In this document: in pieces, positions 47,217 through 56,947 of the stretch
Position numbering within the stretch: the stretch's first letter is position 1
Layout: the number at the start of each line of letters is the position of its first letter
DNA from: Candidatus Obscuribacteraceae bacterium
Lineage (GTDB): Bacteria; Cyanobacteriota; Vampirovibrionia; Obscuribacterales; Obscuribacteraceae
Length of the DNA stretch: 64,000 nucleotides
NCBI GenBank assembly: GCA_044229845.1
Contig: JBGASG010000005.1
Location: 64,001 to 128,000 of the forward strand
Direction: 5' to 3'
Made by a program: the position numbers and the translations under genes
Notes under the pieces: generated by a model
What the model was told of the DNA's origin: nothing
Database searches by the model: none
What the model saw: only the letters and a program-made list of their open reading frames with translations

Positions 47217-47720
47217 CTAGGTCTTGCCCTTCAAAATCTTCTTCCAGCCGGTGTCCTTGCTAGTGGCACCACTGCTCGACGATGCGGCTGCCGGCTGTTG
47301 TTGCTGCTGCGAGCCGTTCTTGTTCTCGCGTTCGAGGTCGGTGAGCATGATGGCCAGCAGGTCGCGTTCGGACTGGCAGGACTTGAGCTGGTGCTGGAGG
47401 TCGGCGATGGACGCCTTCATTTCCTCCATCTCCATGAGTTTCGCGCTGAGAGTCGACGCGATGCGCGACAACTCTTGATGCAGATACTTGTTTTCGCGGG
47501 TCTTGTCGGCCAGCAACTGGCACTGGTTGTCGTGTTCCTGTTGCAGGTCTTCGTTATCCCGCGCGACGCGTTCGAGATCGCGCAACTGCGCGGAGACCGT
47601 GATCTGGCGCTCCTGCGACTGCAAGAGCGTTTCTTGCAACTCAAGAAGCTTTTCGATCAGTGTGTTGAGGTCCCACTGACGACCCGTAACGGGGTTTGTA
47701 AGTTTATTCCCCTCTGCCAT
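47217..47720 (-). CDS. Coiled-coil hypothetical protein
   Basis: Continuous heptad pattern; C-terminal amphipathic WKKILKGK. Confidence 0.72.
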   Translation of the reverse strand: MAEGNKLTNPVTGRQWDLNTLIEKLLELQETLLQSQERQITVSAQLRDLERVARDNEDLQQEHDNQCQLLADKTRENKYLHQELSRIASTLSAKLMEMEEMKASIADLQHQLKSCQSERDLLAIMLTDLERENKNGSQQQQQPAAASSSSGATSKDTGWKKILKGKT

Positions 47721-47840
47721 TTGCCACGATTTCACAGCCTTGCCGTCGACAGTTAATATTCCCTTTTGGCGCCCCCTTCAATCGATCAGCGGGCGCCGAA
47801 ACTGTTTAAGATCGCTCTGAGAGCTGAACAGGAAACACCT

Positions 47841-48950
47841 ATGGCTGGGGCGAAACAGTTGATTGTGCGGGGCGGACAGGTGCTGACGCCCCTGGAAGAA
47901 CGGCTGACCGATATCCTCGTTAAAGACGGGCAGATTGCCAGGATCGGCGACGTGGGTGAGGTCTCTGGTGCCGAGATTGTCGATGCCGGCGGGTGTTTCG
48001 TCACCCCGGGGCTGTTCGACCTGCAGGTAAATGGCGGGCCCGAAGTCGATTTCTGGGGCGAGCTGGAAACAACCGCCGTCGCCAAATTCACCAAAACCAT
48101 GGCTGCGGCGGGCGTGACGGCGTTTCTTCCGACGATAATCACCGGCGACCTCGACGGAATGCGGAAGAACGTCGAGTTTCTTAAATCCCAGGGCGCGACC
48201 AATGGCTCGAAAGGTAAATCAGGTGAGGAATTCTGGGCGCGCATGCCCGGCGTGCACTTAGAAGGACCATGCCTTTCCCCGGCGAAACCAGGTGTCCATC
48301 CGCCTCAGCACCTGCAACCGCTGACGACGGATGTAATCAACCAGCTTGCAGACAAGACTGTGCGCCTGATTACGCTCGCTCCCGAGCTTGATCCGTCCGG
48401 CGCCTGCCTCAAACTCCTGCACGACAAGGGCATCACGGTGGCACTGGGGCATTCCGACGCCACTTTCGAGGAGGCGCAAAAGGCTTTTGGACAGGGCGTC
48501 CACATGATGACGCACACCTTCAACGCTCTGCCCGGATTGCATCATCGCAAGCCTGGTGCGGTGATGGCGGCGTTGCTCGATGATGCGGTCTTCTGCTGCA
48601 TGATCTGCGACGGCAAGCATCTCGACCCGGCCGCTGCGCAACTGATCTTCAAAACGAAGGGCGTCGAGCACACGATTCTGGTCACCGACATCGCGCATAT
48701 CGGCACCACCGGAGGAGGATTGGTCGGTTCATCCATTCTTCTGGACGAAGCGGTGCGCAACGTGGTCAACTGGGGCATCGCTTCTTTCCGCGATGCTGTC
48801 GTAATGGCATCGTTCAACCCGGCAAAAGCGATGGGACTGGACGACAGCTTCGGTCAGCTGGCGCCCGGTCGCCATGCGGATTTCGTCCTCTGGGATCAGA
48901 AGACTCTCGCCATCCGCAAGGTATTCGTCGGCGGTAGATTGGTGAAGTAG
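47841..48950 (+). CDS. nagA: N-acetylglucosamine-6-phosphate deacetylase
   Basis: PGLFDLQVNG, HLEGP, TLAPE, GHSDA, THTFNA, DGKH, VTD, NPAKAMG. Confidence 0.92.
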   Translation: MAGAKQLIVRGGQVLTPLEERLTDILVKDGQIARIGDVGEVSGAEIVDAGGCFVTPGLFDLQVNGGPEVDFWGELETTAVAKFTKTMAAAGVTAFLPTIITGDLDGMRKNVEFLKSQGATNGSKGKSGEEFWARMPGVHLEGPCLSPAKPGVHPPQHLQPLTTDVINQLADKTVRLITLAPELDPSGACLKLLHDKGITVALGHSDATFEEAQKAFGQGVHMMTHTFNALPGLHHRKPGAVMAALLDDAVFCCMICDGKHLDPAAAQLIFKTKGVEHTILVTDIAHIGTTGGGLVGSSILLDEAVRNVVNWGIASFRDAVVMASFNPAKAMGLDDSFGQLAPGRHADFVLWDQKTLAIRKVFVGGRLVK

Positions 48951-49004
48951 GATGCCGGGGTGCCACTAAAAGTGGTGCCACGTCAAGCGTTGTTTCGTGG
49001 CAGG

Positions 49005-49559
49005 CTAATCGAGCTTCAAGGGGAAGTCGGCGCCTGTACGCTCCTTGAATTGAGTGTTCCAGCGTTTTTCGATTTTCTCGCCGGTCAGCTGCTCGATTGC
49101 TTCCTCCAGCTTGGCCGCCAGATCCGCCGGATTTGAGATGCCCCGCACGGACTCCCCCCTGCGGGCGCGGTTCGGGTTGCGGTACGCAACCTCGAGCAGC
49201 CGTTTTTTTTTGTCCAACTTGTGTACTCCTTTCAGATCGATACTGAATATTTGTTTCGCGTCACTTAACAAGAGTAAACGCTGGTCAGTCAGTACATATC
49301 GCTTTCTTTTGGCAGTCAGAAATGTCACTGACAACAGTGCCAGTGTTCCGATCAGGGTGTAACCTGCAACTGCCCACCACAGCCAACCCTCCGGCGTGGG
49401 AGAGAATTTGGCGATCAGAAATGCGAGGATAGCGGCGATCCAGATGAGGTCCTCGAGGTGCGACATGGCGTAATGGAAGGGGGCGGGTTTTTCCGACCAG
49501 AGGATCTTTTCGTTTTCTCGCAACGGGAAACCATTACCGTCATTGTCTATCAAGTCCAC
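49005..49559 (-). CDS. Two-TM membrane protein with a bacterial PH-like domain
   Basis: LRENEKILWSEKP, two TMs, YVLTDQRL. Confidence 0.7.
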   Translation of the reverse strand: MDLIDNDGNGFPLRENEKILWSEKPAPFHYAMSHLEDLIWIAAILAFLIAKFSPTPEGWLWWAVAGYTLIGTLALLSVTFLTAKRKRYVLTDQRLLLLSDAKQIFSIDLKGVHKLDKKKRLLEVAYRNPNRARRGESVRGISNPADLAAKLEEAIEQLTGEKIEKRWNTQFKERTGADFPLKLD

Positions 49560-49624
49560 GTCAATTCAATCCTGTGTGATGAATGGAGGGTGCTAGGATC
49601 TTACCCGCCACAGAGAATTTGCCC

Positions 49625-50131
49625 ATGAAACTACCCAGTCATGAATTTCTCGATCGTCTCGGCATCGAGTACGAAACGTTGGAGTTCCCCGACACCACGG
49701 AGAAAGGCGCCGCCAATGTGGCGAAGGCGCTCAATCTCCTCGAACATCAATGCGTGAAGACGCTGATTTTTCAGGTCGACACAGGCGAGCGTTCGTTGAT
49801 CATGGTGGGCGGGGACGAAACGGCTATATCGGGGCACCTGAAGAAAGTTCTCGGTTCCCGCAATATTTCGCTCGCGCATCCCGACCACGTCAAGGAAGTG
49901 ACCGGATATGTGATCGGCTCGGTGCCGCCGTTTCACTGGCAACCGGAAGGCTTTCGCTCGTTTGTCGATGCGTCGCTCATGGAACACGACATTCTCGGTG
50001 TCGGCGCCGGAGTCTGGGGTAACGAAATTTTGATCACGCCTGCCAATCTGGTCAAGGCGAGCAATGCGCAAGTGGTCAATCTAACGCGCCGCGAGGAGCC
50101 GATCTTTGTAGTAGGCGAGGCGGCGCACTAG
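49625..50131 (+). CDS. ybaK: YbaK/EbsC-family aminoacyl-tRNA deacylase
   Basis: VKTLI, TGYVIGSVPPF, VGAG motif. Confidence 0.85.
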   Translation: MKLPSHEFLDRLGIEYETLEFPDTTEKGAANVAKALNLLEHQCVKTLIFQVDTGERSLIMVGGDETAISGHLKKVLGSRNISLAHPDHVKEVTGYVIGSVPPFHWQPEGFRSFVDASLMEHDILGVGAGVWGNEILITPANLVKASNAQVVNLTRREEPIFVVGEAAH

Positions 50132-50151
50132 TCACAGGCGGCGCGCGTTAG

Positions 50152-51123
50152 TTAAACGTGCACGCTTTCCGTATGCGGTGCGATGTCCAGCACCAGGTCG
50201 GCGGCGCCGACCAGACCGGCGGCTTCACCGAGCACCGAGCGATGTATCTTCAGTCCGTCGCGCACGCGCGGCAAAGTGCGCTCCGACACCAGTTCGTGCA
50301 GCTGTTCGAAATTGACGAACTTCGACATGCCGCCTGTGACCACGACCACGTCGGGGTCGAGGGTGTTGGCCAGCGAGGCGATGCCGACTGAGATGTGCAT
50401 ATGGTAGAGATCAACCGCTTTAATGGCCAGCGCATCACCGGCGGTGGCGGCGTCGACGATGTCTTGCGTCCAGATGGTCTCACGTTTTTCATAAAGACTG
50501 GATTCGCCCGGTTTGCTTGACGCCAGCAATTCTTTGGCGGTGGTCACCAGACCGCGACCGGCGCCATATTCTTCCCAGCAGTCCCACAATCCGCATGTGC
50601 AGTGGCGTTTGTTGTCCATAGAGATCTTGATGTGTCCGACTTCACCAGCGGCGAAGTGATCGCCGCGATACATGCGTCCGCCGATCACGATACCGCCCCC
50701 GATACCGGTGCCCAGGGTCACGGCCAGCACGCAATGGCTGTTGTCCAGCCCGAGCGCCTTGTATTCGCCGTAGGCGGCGGCGTTGGCGTCGTTCTCCACG
50801 TGCAGGGGAATGTTCAGCTGCGCCTCGATCATTTTCTTCACGGGCGTGCCTTCCCAGCCAGGCAGGTTGCCAGTCGAGCCTATGACTTCTCCGGTGTCCG
50901 GATTGACGATGCCGGCGGTGGCGATGCCGACGCCGATGATTGTTTGATGGTCCGCTTTGAAATCCTCGATCATCTCGACGAGCGAGCGGATGATGTTGTC
51001 GGCTCCTTTGGGCGTGGGACGTCGCTTCTGCTCGCCCATCAGGTGATGGGCCTTGACCATGGCGCCGCTGATTTTAGTGCCGCCTAAATCTATGCCGAGA
51101 ACCGGTATTTGATACTTGTCCAC
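50152..51123 (-). CDS. ROK-family sugar kinase (glucokinase/GlcNAc kinase-like)
   Basis: GIDLGGTKI, ENDANAAAYGE, TLGTGIGGG, GEVGH...CTCG..DCWE; no N-terminal HTH. Confidence 0.92.
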   Translation of the reverse strand: MDKYQIPVLGIDLGGTKISGAMVKAHHLMGEQKRRPTPKGADNIIRSLVEMIEDFKADHQTIIGVGIATAGIVNPDTGEVIGSTGNLPGWEGTPVKKMIEAQLNIPLHVENDANAAAYGEYKALGLDNSHCVLAVTLGTGIGGGIVIGGRMYRGDHFAAGEVGHIKISMDNKRHCTCGLWDCWEEYGAGRGLVTTAKELLASSKPGESSLYEKRETIWTQDIVDAATAGDALAIKAVDLYHMHISVGIASLANTLDPDVVVVTGGMSKFVNFEQLHELVSERTLPRVRDGLKIHRSVLGEAAGLVGAADLVLDIAPHTESVHV

Positions 51124-51243
51124 CTGACTGCTCCACTTTTGCGCCGGAGGCTAAGTTTCGCACGTCTGACCGTGCGGCTCAACCCGCGTGTAACCACGCA
51201 TGTAACCAAGAGGATTGCCGACCGGTTCCGGTCGTCCTGCGGT

Positions 51244-53598
51244 CTAGATGCCGCCCAGTTGTCCCTGGTCAGGCTTGGCTTTGAGCACCAGCTTGTCGTA
51301 CGGAATCGGAGCGCCGTACAGCATGTCGAAACCGAAGCGGTTGATACCGCGAATGGTGTCACGCGACAGAATCACTTTGAAGTCATCCGGTCCGATGGCG
51401 GCAGTCAGTGTTCTGCCCAGCACCATCTTGCTGTCCATGTTGTAAGCGAAGTTGCCGCCCAGGGTTAGCCATTTACAGACTTTCCAATCGCCAGCGAGCG
51501 AACACGACTTAGTACCTTGGATAAATTGGTCGAATACGAATGGGGATTGTCCTCTGACACCTGATTGTGTGTATGCAGTTTGAAGGCGGACGCGCCCCAG
51601 ATTGGCATTCAAAATCGGTCCGCCTTGGGCAAGTCCGAGGGCATCGCCGCTTGAATAGCCTTTAACGGCAGCACCGCCGAAGAGCTGAAATTTAGCACCA
51701 TACCTGTCGTCGCCCACCGCTAGAAGTGGATGGCTGGTGAACATCATCTGCTGCGATACTCGATAACCGGAAGTGATTTTGGTGCTCGTGTCGTTAGTGA
51801 ATAATCTGCCGAACTGTGGTGTCAAACCTAGCAAGGCTGGTTGATCTTGCATCCAGCCTGCTGCCGAACGAAAGTCAACCATGGCGAGAAACGGCACGTT
51901 GGTGAGCGTTTTGTTGTACACGGCCTCGGCAATCATACGAGGACGGCGAATGCCAAACAATCCATCGGGCGTGTAGCGGTTAATGCCCGATTGAAACAGG
52001 ACATTATTCTTGAAGCGATATTTCAACTCGGCCACAAGAAGGTTTGAAACGCTGCCATAAGCTATTTGAGTGCTGAGCCTCTTGGTCTGATAGCGTAGTC
52101 GGAATCCGGCGCCAATTTTCCCCTTGTTCGGATCGTCGGCGCCAGCAATTTGTTTGCCGCCGAACTGAATCAAAGGAGACCAGGAAAATACGCCTTCTTT
52201 GCCTATGGCTTTGTTGAACATGGGACCGACGTTTAGACCGCCCACGTTTATGTTGTTTGAGATGAACGGAGTCACAGGGAAGACGACTCGACTTTCCTGC
52301 TGTCCAACGGTCGAGACGAACTTCGGTAGCGGAATACTGAAGTTGCCCATCAGAAGACGGCCACCCTGAATCGTTACATTTCCCTCGTCTTTGTACTTCT
52401 CGTACGTCATTTTGCGGGCCGTGAATTTGTAGCTCGGTTTGGCTGGCAGATAGGCCTCAGGATGTTGATCCTTCAGGGCGGTTTCTTCCATGGCACTGAT
52501 CGGACCGGCGAATTCGTTTTTGTGCAGTCGGAAGGGCGTCGGCATTGACACTGTTCCCTTCTTGAATTGCAAACCGCCGTTCTTGCCGATTGCTTGTCTG
52601 GCGATGACGGTGGTTCCCTGCACTTCCGTATCCGGATTGGTGATCAAATACTCGTCCGAATTGACTTTGAATCTGAACGAGCTGCCTGTGGTCAGTTGTC
52701 CTTCGCGCAAAATTTTGACGTTGCCGCGCGCATCGATGATCTGCGTGTTTTGGTCGTAGAGAATCGAGTCGGCTTCTAGTTTGGAGTCTTGTCCGGCGAT
52801 GACGGCGACGGCGTTGCCTGTGCCCAGGAAGGTGTTTTTGTCCTGGTCGTACTCAGTGTCGTCGGCAACGATTTGTACGGTGCCTTTGAGCTGAGTGTTC
52901 TCGTCGATCAGATCGGCGGTCGACATGTCTTCCGCAGTACCGTTTTCAGCAGCGACATAACCGGGAGTCGGTTTGAGTGCGGTATCGTCGGCGGTGGCAG
53001 TTTCCGGCACCAGCGAATTGGCGGTGGGCGCGGCGGAATCAGATTGCGCATCAGACTCTGCCGGGGCTTGTGCTGTTTGAGCTGCCGCTGCTTGTTCGGC
53101 AGCTGCCGCCGCTTCGTCGTCCTTGGCCTTTTGTGCTGCCTGGGCGGCTTTGGCATCTGAAGATTTGGTCGGCCAGGCAAATGGTGCGCCTGACGCCGGA
53201 GCCGCTTTGGCGGTTTGCGTCTTAGCAGGCGTTGCCGCTTTTGCCGGTTGTGTCTTGGGTGCCGGTGCGGCCGCCGCTGGCTGAGGCGCGGGTGCGTCCT
53301 CAACAGCAGGTGGTTTCGGAGCTGGCGCAGCCGGTGCCGGCTCGGTAGAAGATTTTTGAGTGGAAGGCTTCAAATAACCGGCAATCGGAAGCAATTCCGG
53401 TTTGGGGTCGCGCGCCGAAGTTGAGGGTGCACTGTCCATGGCGCTGCCGTTGTCACCGGCGAGCTTCGGCGTCAAAGGCAATAGAAGGGTGCCGCCCGGG
53501 GTCGATTTCTCTTTCGATGCCGCATAGGCGTTGCCGGCGCCACTGAAGAACGCGCCGCAGAGCGAAACTGAAATTGCCGTCGTGACTACGAGCTTCAT
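51244..53598 (-). CDS. lptD: LptD/OstA-like outer membrane LPS assembly protein
   Basis: Signal peptide, Pro/Ala linker, OstA-like IVADDTEYDQ...GNA...LEADSILYDQ...ARGNV, then amphipathic beta-strands. Confidence 0.7.
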   Translation of the reverse strand: MKLVVTTAISVSLCGAFFSGAGNAYAASKEKSTPGGTLLLPLTPKLAGDNGSAMDSAPSTSARDPKPELLPIAGYLKPSTQKSSTEPAPAAPAPKPPAVEDAPAPQPAAAAPAPKTQPAKAATPAKTQTAKAAPASGAPFAWPTKSSDAKAAQAAQKAKDDEAAAAAEQAAAAQTAQAPAESDAQSDSAAPTANSLVPETATADDTALKPTPGYVAAENGTAEDMSTADLIDENTQLKGTVQIVADDTEYDQDKNTFLGTGNAVAVIAGQDSKLEADSILYDQNTQIIDARGNVKILREGQLTTGSSFRFKVNSDEYLITNPDTEVQGTTVIARQAIGKNGGLQFKKGTVSMPTPFRLHKNEFAGPISAMEETALKDQHPEAYLPAKPSYKFTARKMTYEKYKDEGNVTIQGGRLLMGNFSIPLPKFVSTVGQQESRVVFPVTPFISNNINVGGLNVGPMFNKAIGKEGVFSWSPLIQFGGKQIAGADDPNKGKIGAGFRLRYQTKRLSTQIAYGSVSNLLVAELKYRFKNNVLFQSGINRYTPDGLFGIRRPRMIAEAVYNKTLTNVPFLAMVDFRSAAGWMQDQPALLGLTPQFGRLFTNDTSTKITSGYRVSQQMMFTSHPLLAVGDDRYGAKFQLFGGAAVKGYSSGDALGLAQGGPILNANLGRVRLQTAYTQSGVRGQSPFVFDQFIQGTKSCSLAGDWKVCKWLTLGGNFAYNMDSKMVLGRTLTAAIGPDDFKVILSRDTIRGINRFGFDMLYGAPIPYDKLVLKAKPDQGQLGGI

Positions 53599-54086
53599 TC
53601 AAAGTCTCCATCTAGTGCCTGCCCATTTCCCTTTTAGCAGGATTGGGCTGGACTAGCTTACCCTACCGGGAGCGTCCCTTCTGTCAACCCTTATAAGGAA
53701 CAGGGTTGCCAGTAGTTTGAAGCATTGAATGGTCGCGGGATTGGCTGCTTTCCAAGAGTAATTAAAAATCGGTAAACTGTATATATAGGTCAAATTGCCA
53801 CCATCAGGCAGCCGGTTTCGTCCAAAAAATTTTCCTGCTTCTGTCAGAATTTCGGAAAACCGCGCAAAGCGACAACTAACGGCGATCATTGCGGACGAGC
53901 TTAGAGACAGCGATAGCACATGTATATGCAAATCAGTCGTAATCGATGTGTCTTTGTAGATGCGCTAGGCATCAGGGGTTCGGCTTTGTTGACAACGCTG
54001 CGCGCTAAACCCTTTTTATGTATCGTCCAAAGCGAAAAGAACATGGCATGCTGTACCTCGGCTACTGCAAACAACAGCGAGGTTTC

Positions 54087-55307
54087 ATGCGCACAGCAAT
54101 GGAGGCAGGCTTGCCTTTGACGAGCGAGAGCATCGCGCCGTTCAGCTTCTTCACCCCGACCAAGATTGTCTTTGGTGAGGGCACCGCATATAGTGTCGGT
54201 GATTTTCTCAGCGAACTCGGTGTCAGCAAACCGATTTTGATCACGGACAAAAACCTGACTAAAGTCGGTCTGCTGCAGCCAATTTTGGAGTCCTGCCAGT
54301 CGGCCGGTGTGCCGGTGGTGGCAACCTTCGACGATGTGCCTTCCGACTCCGAACTTCTCGTCTGCCGCAATGCCATCGAACTGGCCAAGCAAAACAATTG
54401 CGACGGTGTGATCGCCGTCGGCGGCGGATCGGTGATGGACACCGCCAAAATAGTCAACATCGCGCTCTCGCTCGGGGGCGACATTCTCGATTACGAAGGC
54501 ATGAATACCTTCAACGAAAACCTCAAGCCGCTGGTGGCAATTCCGACCACAGCCGGCACCGGATCTGAAGTGTCAGCCGTCGCCATGGTTAAAAACCAGG
54601 ATACGAAAATACTGTTCGCCAGCCGTTTCATGTTTCCTAACGTCGCGGTGCTCGACCCGGCTCTGATCGTTTCGTTGCCGCCGCGCCTGACGGCCGCCAC
54701 CGGCATGGATGCGCTCACTCACTGCCTGGAGAGTCTGTCGGCGGTTAGCGCCAACTATGTGTCGGACGGCACTGCCCTGGAAGCTGTGCGCCTCTTGTTC
54801 AGGTATCTGCCGGTCGCCACCAATAACGGTGCCGATATCGAAGCTCGCTCGGCAACATTGATAGCCAGTTGCATGGCTGGGCTCGCTTTCACCAATGCCG
54901 GCGTCGGCGTTATTCACGCCCTGGCGCACACGATTGGCGCCAAGTACGGCACTCACCACGGCATCACCAATGCAGTGCTTTTGCCGCACGGACTCCTGTT
55001 CAATATCAACGAGTCGGCGCCCAAACTGGCGCGCGTCTGGCGTTATGTCCGCATGTCACTGGGCGCCAACCCGGCCGAAATCTCGTTCAACGACGAGGAG
55101 GCAGTCCATCATCTTATAGAGGATGTGCGGGCTCTTATGATCGAGTGCGGGTTGCCGACCCAACTGCGCGACCTGACGCTGCCTGAACTCGATGAAGAGG
55201 ATTTTGTCGAAATCGCCCAGATTGCGATGACCGACGCTGCTATGATGTTCAATCCTAGAGAGGCAAGCGTCGAAGACCTTGTGCAATTGCTAAAAGGGGC
55301 TTATTAA
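54087..55307 (+). CDS. Iron-containing alcohol dehydrogenase
   Basis: PTKIVFGEG, AVGGGSVMDTAK, PTTAGTGSE, GMDALTHCLE, HALAH...HG, NPR; start position uncertain. Confidence 0.93.
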   Translation: MRTAMEAGLPLTSESIAPFSFFTPTKIVFGEGTAYSVGDFLSELGVSKPILITDKNLTKVGLLQPILESCQSAGVPVVATFDDVPSDSELLVCRNAIELAKQNNCDGVIAVGGGSVMDTAKIVNIALSLGGDILDYEGMNTFNENLKPLVAIPTTAGTGSEVSAVAMVKNQDTKILFASRFMFPNVAVLDPALIVSLPPRLTAATGMDALTHCLESLSAVSANYVSDGTALEAVRLLFRYLPVATNNGADIEARSATLIASCMAGLAFTNAGVGVIHALAHTIGAKYGTHHGITNAVLLPHGLLFNINESAPKLARVWRYVRMSLGANPAEISFNDEEAVHHLIEDVRALMIECGLPTQLRDLTLPELDEEDFVEIAQIAMTDAAMMFNPREASVEDLVQLLKGAY

Positions 55308-55310
55308 CTA

Positions 55311-55727
55311 ATGGCGGTTTTTTCCAGCTCTGACGAGCTGATGTCGATCTTGACCAAACTCTGGGACAAGATCAAAGCTCATCCCGACATGTCCAACCAG
55401 ATCACCGAGACGAAATTGATCGTTCAGTTCAAGTACAGAGATCCGGACGGGCTTCTGACCATCGACTGCTCTGACGGCAAAGACCTGAAAGTAATGACAG
55501 GACCTACCAATTTGAAGCCGGTTATCGAGATGTCGATGAAGGCTGACGTCGCTCACGAGTTCTGGATGGGACGCGTTAATGTGCCGGTGGCCGTGATGAC
55601 GGGCAAAATCGCCTCCAAGGGACCGACGCCCAAGGCGCTGGCGCTCCTGCCAGCAATCAAACCTGCCTATAAAATGTATCCTGAAGTCCTCAAAGAAGAA
55701 GGCAAAGAACACCTCCTGGCGAAGTAA
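55311..55727 (+). CDS. SCP2 (sterol carrier protein-2) lipid-binding domain protein
   Basis: MSMKADVAHEFWMGRVNVPVAVMTGKI...G pattern; 3 bp after the ADH stop. Confidence 0.78.
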   Translation: MAVFSSSDELMSILTKLWDKIKAHPDMSNQITETKLIVQFKYRDPDGLLTIDCSDGKDLKVMTGPTNLKPVIEMSMKADVAHEFWMGRVNVPVAVMTGKIASKGPTPKALALLPAIKPAYKMYPEVLKEEGKEHLLAK

Positions 55728-55746
55728 GCCCAGATAGAACCATCTC

Positions 55747-55786
55747 AGGGGAGAAACACCACCTGGGGCGCCCGCTCCCCTAATTT
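55747..55786 (+). terminator. Possible terminator after the ADH-SCP2 pair
   Basis: AGGGGAG...CTCCCCT followed by AATTT. Confidence 0.4.
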
Positions 55787-55857
55787 CCCGGTAGTGAAGT
55801 GCTTAAATCCTGTTACACTTAGGTTCGGGTTGAGGAGCACGCACTGGTAGGCGTCAT

Positions 55858-55986
55858 ATGGAAGGACTTCATAATCTCATCATTCGCCTGTGCGACTTCG
55901 CATGGATCGCCCTGACTTTGCTCGGGCTGGGATCCATCGTGCTCTTCTGGAAGATTTTTCAAAGCGATTTCGCGCGCAACGACTAA
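55858..55986 (+). CDS. 42-aa single-TM microprotein (absent from the ORF track)
   Basis: MEGLHNLIIRLCDFAWIALTLLGLGSIVLFWKIFQSDFARND; extended -10-like TGTTACACT at 55811. Confidence 0.6.
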   Translation: MEGLHNLIIRLCDFAWIALTLLGLGSIVLFWKIFQSDFARND

Positions 55987-56040
55987 CATCGCGCCGCTCA
56001 ACGCTATTGCAACTACAGTCCGCTAGCACAAGCGATCTTG

Positions 56041-56790
56041 TTATAGAAGGATCACATCGTCGCGTTCGCCTGATTCTTGTTCGCGAATGATGCTGGTACC
56101 ACTTACGGTGGCAATGGCGCCATCGACATAGCGGTAGGCACGCACTTCTGTCGTGAAGAGGTCGGCGACGATCTTGCCGCGCCACACATCTTTGCTGTCC
56201 GAAATCCAGTCGGCAACGCCGTTTTCATCGACCTTGGCGGAACGCTTCCAGATGCGACCGGAGGGTTCTTTCAAAGAATTGAGCAATCCGGCATCGTCAT
56301 AACCAAATTCGCGTACCGCATCGCTGCAATATACGGTCTTGTCCAGAAACGTCTTGCCTTCGAAGTCGCGCCCGATCAGCGATGTACCGTTCGGGAAATG
56401 CAGTTCGATGCGGCCATCGATGGTGCGCACTTCTTTGAAGGTCATGGTATCAAATGTGATATCGCCATCGAGGTTGACGGAGATGTCTTTGACGTTCCAC
56501 TGGCGTCCGCTTGCATCGGTCCAGTTCGAGGCTGGCTCGGTGCGAATGAACACCTGGGCGGGATAGCTTTTCATGTAGTTGAGGCTGCCGTCTTCGGCAT
56601 AACGCAGTTCGCGGATCGATCCATTTGGATATCTGATCTCTATAACGCGACCGTCGTCGTTTCTCACTACTTCAACGATCGACTTATCAGTCCGTTCGAC
56701 CGGTACGCCGACCCTCAGTTCTTCTTCGATCTGTTCGACGGCGGAACCCTTTATAAAGGTTGCGCCGAAATTCAATGTTGTTTTAGACAT
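56041..56790 (-). CDS. Hypothetical protein with a duplicated YD-like beta-hairpin module
   Basis: YPNGSIRELRYAEDGSLN...W vs YCSDAVREFGYDDAGLLN...W. Confidence 0.7.
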   Translation of the reverse strand: MSKTTLNFGATFIKGSAVEQIEEELRVGVPVERTDKSIVEVVRNDDGRVIEIRYPNGSIRELRYAEDGSLNYMKSYPAQVFIRTEPASNWTDASGRQWNVKDISVNLDGDITFDTMTFKEVRTIDGRIELHFPNGTSLIGRDFEGKTFLDKTVYCSDAVREFGYDDAGLLNSLKEPSGRIWKRSAKVDENGVADWISDSKDVWRGKIVADLFTTEVRAYRYVDGAIATVSGTSIIREQESGERDDVILL

Positions 56791-56947
56791 AGAACCAAAT
56801 TCCCCCAGGACAAGTGAAAACCAGCCGCCGATGGCGGTGAGCCGTGGCTAGCTTCCCTTAACGCAAGGAGAGAATACGATGCCATTCGTGAGAAAGTTGT
56901 GAAACGGAAACGCCATCCAGGGCGGTAATTACGAAGATGTAGTTAAT

